Assembly (NCBI GenBank): GCA_035084275.1
Contig: CM068746.1
Coordinates: 37,262,001 to 37,326,000 of the forward strand
Length of the DNA stretch: 64,000 bases
Direction: 5' to 3'
DNA from: Hydrolagus colliei
Taxonomy: Eukaryota
Shown: in pieces, positions 12,990 to 23,844 of the stretch
How the letters are laid out: each line of letters starts with the position of its first letter
Position numbering within the stretch: the first letter of the stretch is position 1
Position numbers and translations under genes: made by a program
The notes under the pieces: generated by a model
The model's database searches: none
What the model was told of the DNA's origin: nothing
Seen by the model: only the letters and a program-made list of their open reading frames with translations

Positions 12990-13368
12990 CTAATAATAAT
13001 AATAATTCTTGCATTTGATACAGTGTCTAGGCATATCGTTAAGATGTCTCAAAGCGCTTTATCAAATATATTGGAAAGTGGATTAACTGTATTTTGTGGA
13101 TGAAACGCAGAAGGCAATTGTGCACAGCAGTGTCCCACAAATAGTCGTGGATTGAGTGACTAAATTATTATTTTGTTTCAAGGGATTATTATCCGTGGAA
13201 AAGTGATCCGTCAATCGGCTAAGAACTGGGTTCCTACTTTACTGCTGGGTAGACAGAGGCGTGTGGAGGAAGGAAACTTTCCTAATGTTTCAAACCTACC
13301 CAGGAATCAAACCTAGGGTCCTCTTGTTTGCGAGGTGAGTGCTCTAACCAGTAATACAGAATGCCACA
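12990..13368 (-). mobile_element. tRNA-derived SINE, long variant
   Basis: Same head and tail plus the extra CTCTGTCTACCCAGCAGTAAAGTAGGAACCCAG...GATTGACGGATCACTTT segment. Confidence 0.85.
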
Positions 13369-14752
13369 TTTACTCCTATCAATTGCTCATTTTGTGACTT
13401 GTAGCCATTCACACAAAAGTAGCATTACAGCAACTAACATCTTTGTTCTGACTTGCATCGGCAGTAGCTGAATGGCTTGCCTACCTCCATAATTCTGCAC
13501 ATGTGAAAGGATTAATAAAACACACAAGCGTACCTATAATCAGAACATGTAAATTGAAGTGTTCGAAAAGCAAATCTGCGTTTATAAAAAGAACAGTAGC
13601 GGCAAAAAGAATGTTATCGTTAAACTATACTTCGGGTCCATTCGCTCACAAGTCACTGTACTTGCTTAGCTGAAGTTTGGTCGATTGCCAGTACGCTAGC
13701 AGCCAGCAGCCTTGTTAACTATTTCCTAAATGCACTGCCAGTACGCTAGCATTCCGTTACTCTTAGTGGCTGAATGAAAACACAGAGGGCAAATGGGAAG
13801 ATTTCAGAATACTATTCTGTGTATTTTCTCTGCAGCGTTTTATGGCACTTGGCACTAATTAAATACGAAACGCAAAACCCCTACAGCCTTTTTAAACAAC
13901 ATACTGTAGCCTTTTCAGGAAAAATGCAGTATCTTCATATTACAGACATCTCCTCCTAATTAGTCTCAATGTATGAGCAATTGTGGGGACAGAATTTAAT
14001 TGGTTAACCCGCCTGTCTGCTTGAGCACAAGCACTTTGATGCTCGTGGTGTTCAGATGAGCAGAGACACAAAAATAAAAAGCTTTTATCTGCACACTTCG
14101 AAACATCGAAGCATTTGCACTTTTTCAAACAAAAAAATCACTGAGGAAATGCGAACCTACTTCATTCATTTTCAGCTCAACCTGTTTTTATTGTTGCTCT
14201 AGCAAGACACTTTTTGCTTCCTACTGTTAATGTCAAGCTGTTTTTAATCCATGTTAATACAACCCCATGCTCGGCTGAGCTGAACTCTCTCACTTTTGAC
14301 TCGCGAGGAGCAGACTGCCAGTAGTTCACACATGTACAATGGAGGAAACCTTGCAGATCACTCTAAAGTGTCCCCCGCCTGTGCAGAGAGTATAAGTGAC
14401 CCGAGAGCGTACGCTCACATAGGAAATGCATCCACTTCATTTTAAGGCTTACACAAGGACCAACGGCTGTGCCAGTAGAGGGTTTCTGCACTTGAGATAA
14501 GCCCACACACAAAGCCTGTACAAGCCAGCAAGCTTACTTCAACATACCGACTGATATGGGCTCCTCCATGGAGGACAGAGGTGGGTTTTTTTAAGCAGAG
14601 AAAGGAATTGTTCGCAACAAAGGAGGAAATCCTCAACCCAAAGATTAATTTGTTCTTTGCAATTCACATCAGCAAACAGGCTGATGGACAGATACATCAC
14701 TGTAAAGTGGATCAATTTTCTAATTTTCTCTCTTTTTTTAGAAAATACATGT

Positions 14753-15054
14753 GGAATCCCGCAGCTCAGTGGTTGGAGCACTTGCCTTACAAGCGAGAGA
14801 CCTGGGTTCGAATCCAGGCAGGTCAGGGTGAAACCGTGGGCAAGTTTCCTTACTCCACACGCCTGATAATAATCCCTAAAAAAAAACCTATAAAAATTGG
14901 GTCATTTCAATCCAGACTGTTTGTGGGACATTACTGTGCACAATTGGCTGCCACGTTTCGCCCACAAATATACAGTCAATTCATATTGTGAAATGCTTTG
15001 AGACATCTAGAAGACATGATAAGGCGCTATATCAAATGCAAGGACTATTATTAT
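14753..15054 (+). mobile_element. tRNA-derived SINE, full length
   Basis: GGAATCCCGCAGCTCAGTGGTTGGAGC...GGTTCGAATCC head, body, tail. Confidence 0.9.
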
Positions 15055-15602
15055 TTGATTCCTAATTGGTCTTCTTCATTATATATACACACACACACAC
15101 ATATATATATAGATATACATATAAATATATATAAAAACTGTAAACATTTAACATTCCAACATTAAACTCCAATGTCTGGTATAGGAAATAAGTTCTTGCA
15201 AAACAAAATGTGGATTAACAAGACACAGGTGTTAATTTTCTTTTTTTATAAATGAGATTTTAGAAAACACTTTGTACCAATGCATCACATCATACCGGCG
15301 TGCGGAAAGACAGAAATTTGTCTTACTCTGAAACCAATTTCGCAGTTGTCAATCCTTTCCAATGAAATGTCATAATCTTACAGTGTTTCAAACTAAAAGT
15401 AACGCACCTCATCCCCGGACCCACCACTCAAAGAAGTTGCTTATGAGAACATAAGAAACGCTAGACAAAAAAAAGGACAGGTGAGTTCCATCTAGTTCAT
15501 CTTCCACCTTCCTGACTGTCGCATGCACATATGTCCCGATCTACCTATGTCCTGTTTATGACATGATAGAAGCTTATAGCATTTTGTGTTACAGACACTT
15601 AC

Positions 15603-15831
15603 CGTGATATTCTTGACCAGGTACATAATACTCTGGGTTTCCTGCAATGTGAAGCGACATCAGCACCTCTCCGTGCTCCCCGTCGCCCTCCAGTTCTCCG
15701 TGATGGGTGCACAGGAAAAAGAACGGGGCAAACCTCGGGTGGAAACCCGCAGAACCAGCCACCAGATCTGGCGACAATATTCCAACCAGAAGCAGCAAAG
15801 TCCAAGTGTTCAAGCAGTTCTTTTGATCCAT
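15603..15831 (-). CDS. RELN: Reelin, first coding exon (signal peptide + start of reeler domain)
   Basis: Translates [76 protein letters not shown], nearly identical to the vertebrate reelin N-terminus ([44 protein letters not shown]). ATG at 15829-15831; phase-1 donor G|GTAAGT at 15603/15602. Confidence 0.97.
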
Positions 15832-16400
15832 AGCTCTCTCTTTCTCTCTTCCTCTCCCCTCTCCTTATTCCCTCTCGTTTGGGAAGGAAGACTTGCGAAT
15901 GAGAGTTCTCTTTCTTTTCCTCCTCCCTGCGCTGTCCTAAAGAGATTACAAGTTAAATGTCAGCGAGCTTCTGGTCGAGAAAGTCATGAGCCAGGAAGTG
16001 TAGAAACTGCCAGCTGTCAGCTGTTTCTACTGCATTTTAACACATGAGCTTCACTGGCTGCAATACAGCCCTCAAACACATCTCACTCAGAGCATATTCT
16101 ATTCCACTTCCAGTCTCCCCTCCCACATGCCTTCCAGGCCTGTCCTCTTATTTCTGTTAACTTTGTTTTAGGCGGGCAAAACCTGCCTCACAGCACCTCT
16201 TACATTGACTGACTGACTGACTGACTGACGAGAACTGGGAGCTGATCGAGCATGAGATGCAGTGACTGGAAAGAATATATTTTCCCCCCGCTGCCTTGAC
16301 TGGAGTGCCTGAAAAACTCCACCTTCACAAATTAACATCAGACTGAAGAAACCATCCTCCCTGATTGACTGCCTAAAAGCTGGAATCCGCTGTTATTTAC
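15832..16400 (-). promoter_or_regulatory. Putative RELN 5'UTR / proximal promoter
   Basis: Unique, TE-free sequence directly upstream of the RELN ATG; includes an ETS-like CAGGAAGTG (~15992), GC-box-like GGCGGGC (16171) and (TGAC)6. TSS not determinable from sequence. Confidence 0.5.
16206..16229. repeat. (TGAC)6 microsatellite
   Basis: tgactgactgactgactgactgac read directly. Confidence 0.9.
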
Positions 16401-17138
16401 GCCCCGTCATGTTAAATGACAAAATCTGAAGAGCATAGGATTGAACATGGTTAGCACACCGACATTCACTGAGAGGCAGCTTAAAGGCTGTTTCAGTTCT
16501 GAAGTGCTGACCACCAGAGCCCTAGCTCCCCTTTCAACACAATTAATGGTTTAATTCTGCTCTTGTTAAAAGACAAATTTCTACAGAGTGCTTTATTTAC
16601 ACACAATTGCCTGAAAGCACTCCAAATTCCAGGTTTCGCTGAGGTGACATAAGACGGATTTAAAACCGAAGGCAATAATTGGGAGATTTGGGGAAAAAAA
16701 CTTTATTCATTTAAAAAAAAATTCTGCATTACCGGGATCGCTTGTTCTTTCTTTTTCACACAGAAAGACAAACTCTCTACACTTGACAATCACTGCAGCA
16801 AAGCACTTTGAGACGTTGGTGTAATAAGGTCGGAAGGTGTGATGATAATGCTGTTTTATCTCTCCCATTTTTAAATGAGATGACAAACTGCAAGATCGCA
16901 GTATACAAACAAAATCTAGCAAATGCCGTATTAGTCCTCTTCATAAGGACAATTTACACAATGTTATCTGCTTAATATTTTGACTGTACACGTTACTGAA
17001 TGAGGCTCACCTTTTTTCAACAGGGTTGGAAAGATTTAACATGTGCTGAAGAAACACCACCGGAATTACACAAGTTAATAATCTCACTCAAACCGTTAGT
17101 TAGCCTAGATGGAACAAGTTGACAAATGGATTTAAGGT

Positions 17139-17330
17139 NNNNNNNNNNNNNNNNNNNNNNNNNNNNNNNNNNNNNNNNNNNNNNNNNNNNNNNNNNNNNN
17201 NNNNNNNNNNNNNNNNNNNNNNNNNNNNNNNNNNNNNNNNNNNNNNNNNNNNNNNNNNNNNNNNNNNNNNNNNNNNNNNNNNNNNNNNNNNNNNNNNNNN
17301 NNNNNNNNNNNNNNNNNNNNNNNNNNNNNN
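17139..17330. other. Assembly gap (run of N)
   Basis: 192 N characters. Confidence 1.
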
Positions 17331-20300
17331 GATAATTATTAATCCTGAGTCAACAGACCTTTAACTTCACAGCAACTAGATTTACCCAAATGTCATTACA
17401 CATCTCATGCTCAAACCTTTCAAACCTACCTGGATTACATGTGAAAATTTCCTTCAGCACAACCCGTCTCCATGATTTGAAATCTCAAAACAAACCAGGG
17501 AAATGCAGTACAAAAAATAAAAGAACAACATTTGACGGAGGAGCTTTTTCTTGGATACGTTATTTGGTTATCACATTTCAGCAACATGGCAACTAACCAA
17601 AACGGCAGAACAACACAAGCAGTGTTCTTTCTTTTGTGTGTTTTATCCAGTTGAACTAAAGGCAAAGGCATTCTTAACCATTTCCTAGGTCCATCATTTC
17701 AACCTAACTGCAGAGCACAAGCACTTAATGGGCCATTCTCCCCATGGGATCCCATCTATTCACTTATGTCATCTGGTAAATACTGCAGAATGTATGGGAA
17801 TTTAATTGATGTGGGACCAATTAACTGTACATATCCATTAACTGCTGCGGACTGCATTAGGATCCTCCTACTGCATTTAAGATCTACGCTGAATTGAGGC
17901 TCAACAATTCATGATTTTTCAAATTGCTTAGAAATTGTAATCTGTGTTTGATGTCAAATGATGCCCTCCCTTTCACAAGACGCATAAATTCATCTTCTTT
18001 TCACAATTTCTCTTGTCACACATTCCACCGAATACTACAACAAGAAACCCTGCCCATGAATTGCGGGATAGTGCTTTTGTTCTTCCAGTTGAGTGGTCAC
18101 AGGCAAGTTTCCTACTCTGCACGCCTCTGTTTACCTAGCAGTAAGTTGGAACCCAGTTGTTAGTCAATTGTTGTATTGCATTCCAGGGGGAGGGCTGGGG
18201 TGGGAATGAAACCTAAACACAAAAATAATAAAGATTTGGTCACTCAATACACAACTGTTTCACCCACAAAATATACAGTCAATTCACTTTATGGTAGATT
18301 CTGGATTGAGACAGCTCAACGACGTGATAAGGTGGTATATCAAACGCAAGGATTAGTATTATTACTATTATTTGCAACTGCTCCATGATGCTATTTGATG
18401 TGGCAGTCGGTGCTTTACTTTAACTCCTGCTCTTCCTTCCCCCGAAAGCAACTTTCACAAAAACAATTGTAATTTCGATCTTTATTCCTCTTTAGAGAAC
18501 AAAATACAATACTTTTTGCTAAACGCTTCCGCCCAGAGGGATTGCAGTATATTGACAATACAAGGAACCAAAATGATAGATGCCATAAATCTGTTTTATT
18601 TGTTATTCCATTCATCTCGGAGTTGGTGGCTCCGAGAGCACAAGCAACATCTACTAACCATCACACAACACTCAACAATTCGTTTGTTCGTTTCATCAAT
18701 GAACTCCCAGGCAATGGCGATTTATTTCACTGAAAAACATACTGAATGGGTTTAGTAGCCATGAGAAATGAGGTTGATTCCTGCTTCATATCTGAATACA
18801 AAGATTTACTGAAGACATTTGTTCACTCGCTGTTCACTCACTAGCTGTTTGCTAGGGAATTTCACTAGCTCGTTCCTGCCAAAAACTGCCATGTACCTCT
18901 TGTTGATTTTGCAGGTGGGTGATGATGTTATGATTTCAGTAGATTCAGGCGGAGGGATGAGCAGACATGTTGGGATATGAACTCCTCAGTACCAATCATA
19001 ATCCAATTATCTATATGTGATTAGAAACAGAAACTTGGATGTACACATCTGCGGGCAACCATGGAACTATTTCTAACCCAAGCTAAAAAAAAGAAAGGTT
19101 TTAAATGATTTTAAACGAGAGACAAAAGTCAATTTCAGACAATTAGTGCATTTCAACATCTGATGACAACAATGCGATAGTTTAATCAAAATTCAATACT
19201 TTTCCACGTTTAACGAAGCCCATTTGAAAGAGTTGTCAAATAAAATCACTGTACTGCACGTCATAAAATGTGGTCTGAAAGCAAGTAAAATGCATACTAC
19301 TGTACAGTATTTCATTAGTGGCTTTTGCCTATTGACTTTTTACACTGACAAGTTCAAACCAAAGATACAACCACTTCTAAACAGATGCTGCTCAAATTAC
19401 AATCTGTGCAAAACAGGAATTAACTAGCTGTAAGAGATTTGTAACAAAACGCGTTCTAAAATGAACAGATCTCCTTGCAAGATATGTGACAAAATTAAAT
19501 ACTGTAATTAGGTACAGGTAGATAAAGTAATGGGGCGTACTGCAGCTTTCACAAGTGGAGAAATCCCAAACAAGAGCGGGGTGGGGGGAAGGAAATAATC
19601 TAATTCATTCAACCGTGCTTTACCCTTCGTCCCAAGAGGCAGCTTTGACAATAGACCTTCATTAACTCCCACGTTGTGTGGATTGGAATGACTCTCCCAA
19701 CGCTGAGTGTTTTTGACATTGTCAACGAATGATGAAGTACCCAGGAACGCTTTCATTTCAATTCAATTAAGAGTGTGCGCTTGTATTCGCTATCAAACCC
19801 ACGGTGCCAATATTCTGCACCCAATAGCACACGATAGTACAAGTTCAAACCAGATTAAGAAACGAGTCTCTGCTGCTAGGAACGAAAATATAGACACGCT
19901 GAAAGATAAATACTCATATAACTGATCCGTTTGTCACTCACCGACAGCAAACTTTTCATTTACATTCATTGAAGAATTTTCGGAAAGATGTTTGGCACTG
20001 TTTTATGGAGCCACGAGTATATTATTATATATTTTTTAAATGATATTTGAGACTCAAATCGTTTGAGAGAAAGACAACTGACGTTTAAGACAGGATAAAA
20101 CTACATTACAGAACCACCTCTTCCCTGAGGGCACATTAATATTTTTGACAAGAAATATGAGATGACATTAGTGCTGTACTATGAGCCAGATTTTCAAGTC
20201 AAGACATAGAAGAAAGCAAATAACATTTAAATTGTCAAAATGCGAATTTGCTCCAGCTTTCCCGATTGCATATTTTTATGGGGGGCTGGGTGTGTGTTGG

Positions 20301-20356
20301 GTGCTAACCTATTTCCTTTCAGATTGTAATCTAGGCTAACAATCCAATACATGGCT

Positions 20357-20490
20357 GGGGGAGTGCTGCACTGTTGAAGATGCTGTCCTTCAGATGATAC
20401 AATAAACCAAGGCTACATCGATCTGTTCAGGTGGACATTAAAGACCGATGGCAGTCTGGCACTAGAGCTTATCTTGATACCCTGACCAAT
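20357..20490 (+). mobile_element. Old Deu-domain SINE relic (AmnSINE/SacSINE-like)
   Basis: GGGAGTGCTGCACTGTTGAAGATGCTGTCCTTCAGATGA...AAACCAAGGC...TTCAGGTGGACATTAAAGA resembles the Deu-domain consensus as I recall it. Confidence 0.65.
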
Positions 20491-20564
20491 AATTCCATGC
20501 ACTTTACAAACCCCGTTAAAAAAAAATGACCGTTCATTTCTTGGCTGTTTTACGGATCTTTATT

Positions 20565-20872
20565 ATAATAATAATCCTTGCATTTGATATACCACTTTTC
20601 ACATCTTCTACACGTCTCAAAGCGCTTCACACAATATACTGTAAAGTGAATTGACTGTATATTTGTGGGCGAAACACAGCAGCCATTTGCACACAGCAGC
20701 GTCCAACAAACAATCGTGAATTCAGTGACCAAATAATAATAATTTTTTGGGGAGGGATTATTATCAGGCATGTGGAGTAAGAAACCTTGCCCAAGGCTTC
20801 GCCCTACCAGGAATTGAACCCAGGTCTCTTGCTTCTAAGGTGAGTGCTCTAACCACTGAGCTACAGGTCTCC
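20565..20872 (-). mobile_element. tRNA-derived SINE, full length
   Basis: Reverse complement of head (GGAGACCTGTAGCTCAGTGGTTAGAGC), body and tail. Confidence 0.9.
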
Positions 20873-21179
20873 TATAGCCAGCTATGTCTATACATAAGGG
20901 TATAGAGAGAGACATAATCTCTCAACCAAGAACAAGTGCGAAAATCACTTCTTCAGAAAATAATTTCTCTTGCTTTGTGTAAATTGGCTGCCAGTTCCAC
21001 CGACAAATACACAGAAAAACTGTGGAAAGCGCTTTGAGACGATAAGGTGCTATATCAAATGAAAGGGTTATTATGACACTAGAGTTCACAAAGTAAATGC
21101 CTTTTTTCTAATGAATATCAGTTCTAAAAACAAAAGGGATCTTGCAAGCTTGCTAGCCTCTTTAACCACACTTTATTAT

Positions 21180-21515
21180 TATTATAATCCCTCAAAAAAA
21201 ATTAGTCATTTCAATCCACAACTGTTTGTGGGACACTACTGTGCAAAATTGGCTGCTGCGCTTCACCCACAAATATACAGTCAATTCACTTTACAGTATA
21301 TTCCGTGAAGTGCTTTGAGACGTCTAGAAGACGTAAAAAGCGCTATATCAAATGGAAGGATTATTATTATTATTAAGTTAGGAGACCTGCGTTCAATTCC
21401 AGGCAGGGTGAAACCTTGAGCAAGTTTCCTTACTCCACACACCTGATACTTCCTCAAAAAAATAATAAATTGGTCATTTCAACCCACAATCCACAGCAGT
21501 TTGTGGGACACTACT
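21180..21515 (+). mobile_element. Two tandem partial SINE copies
   Basis: 3' half with tail (21180-21375) followed by a 5'/central part (21380-21515). Confidence 0.8.
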
Positions 21516-22320
21516 GTGTCCCACAAACTTGGGTTGGTGGGAGTCGACAAGCAGGCTCACGGAATGTGTTGCTCACGGATTTTTAAAAATAAAATTGGGT
21601 TTCAGATCTGGTTTCTAGGTTTGAATTCTGGATATCCGGAGCACGGTAAAGTGTGGATTTACTGCATATTTTAATGTCCAAAACATTGATTTTATTTGTG
21701 TCAAATTCCCTCCCATCTAATTTTCTAATCAAAAAATTGGCACCCAAACCCCCAAAGTAATATGAAAATACCCAGATTTTTATTTCATGAATAGATAAAA
21801 AGAATTTACATTGTAAAACATGAAAGATTTTTTTTTCTTCCAAATTTTGACAGGAGCATATCCTTTGTTGATCCTTCAGGCAAGAGAGGATTAGTTTCTG
21901 AAGCAAGCAGTTTTTATACAAATAAATGAAAGGATAAAGAAACATGGAGAAATTAGATAAGAGTGGTAACTATCAATGTTAGCTTTCTACAGCCATAGAT
22001 ATCAGATACTATTCGTATTGTCAATTTATTCAAAGACTGTTACTAATAGAAGGCTTAATCCTGTGGCAAGAGTATATCAGAATCCACTAACGATTGTAAA
22101 TGTTTGCTTACTATACAATCATTAGCACAGCCTACAACAACAACTTGCATTTATAAAGCACCCCACATGCAAGGCAGCGTCCCCAAATTGAGGGTCGTTC
22201 AAAGATGAACAACCTAACTAATCTTACACAAACCAAATTCTCTGCAGACACATCATTCACTTTCAATCACAGCAACTTTTAATACATGTAAAGATACACA
22301 TCCATACAGTAATACATTCC

Positions 22321-22326
22321 TTTATT
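22321..22326 (-). terminator. Candidate ORC5 polyadenylation signal (AATAAA)
   Basis: First canonical AATAAA I could find on the minus strand after the ORC5 stop (~1.5 kb downstream), followed by GT-rich sequence (CTGTATGGATGTGTATCTTT). Confidence 0.35.
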
Positions 22327-23798
22327 TGTCACTGGATGCATAGGTTAAAAAAAGCTAATTTCAGTCAGACACCAAAAGAGAGACTCAGTATGTAAACCTT
22401 TAAGTCAGTTGAGGTTGAAACATATTTAGTTGACAAGCTGTCAGTTGCAAATACTAACACACCCACAAGCCATCCATTTGCTTGCATCACCTCTCATTTT
22501 TTATCTGCTAAAGCTATAGTGGGGGAGGGGGGTGGGGGGAGTAATAATACAATTAATTATGTTCCATGCATGCCTTTCAAGACATCCAGTCATCCAAGAG
22601 TAGGCCATGTACTTGCCACATGAAGCAATCTAGCTTTGATGTGGACTCAATTCATTCTTTACGTTTCTTACCAGTGTGTAATTCTATTCCAATGAAGTCT
22701 GAATCTTTAGCCTACGCTATTTAAAATGTTAATCAACCTAATGTGTATTTCAGCAATCTTCTCTTTTTAAAAAAAAATTGCAGATATTCAGCATCCAGGT
22801 TTCTGCTCGCTACAGCTCTACCCTCTTCAAAATAGCTGCCCCCAACGGTTGTTGGGAAAATGCCAAATGACCAGAGAGAAAGAAGCAACATCATGCACAG
22901 AAGGTGTGCGTCAAAACACATTATTTCAGTTCTCCATGCTTATCAGCAGTACTGTAATTCCCTTTCACATTTAAAATCAGCATTGGACTTTGTTGTGGTA
23001 GCTTGAAACACAGAGCAACATGGTCAGTGGTTAATTGCAACACAAGACTGAATTCCTGCGGAATTAAAGCTGACAGATAATCTCCAAGATCATCATACCG
23101 ACATTGGGTTTAAAAGTCTTCATTGAGAAATCATGTGTCATCCAGTAGCAGAGGGAAATAAATCCATAGACTGGTTGCAAGACACATAACATGTTTTATA
23201 TTGCGTTTACTTTCCTCTATATAAAAACTATTCTGTTTGGGCCTTACAATTGAATATGAAAAGGGCGCAATATATCACAGGCATATTTCTACCTGCATAT
23301 TAACAAATGAGAAGAAATGGCTTTCAGCGTGAATAGTGACTATAAAATCTCTTGGGAATTCCAAATTACAGCAGACAATTCAAAAAGTGAAAGGATGGTC
23401 ACACACAAACACATACGCACACCTACAAATGGGTGGCATGACCACACTGACAGAAGGTCACGCCACGAAAAAAGACTTTCAAGTAAATACATTTCAGGCA
23501 GCTTTTAGTGCTAGTGTAATGTTATTATTTTGGAACAGATTGCTGGATTCCTGCTGTTAATAATTAACACATAGCTTCAAAATACTCCAGAGTCTTTGGC
23601 AAATAGTTCAATCTAAAGATCCATTCTGACCAATCAAGATATGTTTTGTCAAATCCCACACTGTGCCAACACCTGCTTGGGAAATCCAATGGAGCCAAAA
23701 TGCCTCTGTCTCTTATCGGCTGAATAGATGAATCAGTGTGACTTGGTGAAAAAGCATTGATCATCGCCTGCTGTATCCATATGGCTGGGCATCTGGTG

Positions 23799-23844
23799 TC
23801 ACACAAAATCATACAAGTACCTCACTATGTCGAAATTCACAGTC
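23799..23844 (-). CDS. ORC5: ORC5 last coding exon
   Basis: ttttttcag|G ACT GTG AAT TTC GAC ATA GTG AGG TAC TTG TAT GAT TTT GTG TGA = (R)TVNFDIVRYLYDFV*, the ORC5 C-terminus; completes the AG|G Arg codon from the previous exon. Confidence 0.95.

Noticed and set aside
13687-13752. CRISPR-like repeat-spacer-repeat pattern
   Set aside because: Only two 16-bp units in vertebrate intronic DNA; no cas genes.
1-15602. RELN exon 2 (TISTSTFFDGLLVTGLY-like)
   Set aside because: No matching translation found by eye; probably left of the window, though a miss cannot be excluded without tBLASTn.
15586-16047. 153-aa plus-strand ORF antisense to RELN exon 1
   Set aside because: Non-ATG start, antisense shadow of the coding exon and pyrimidine-rich tract; no independent support.
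23564-23812. 82-aa ORF overlapping the ORC5 end
   Set aside because: Out of frame with the real ORC5 exon and runs through the 3'UTR; no recognisable homology.
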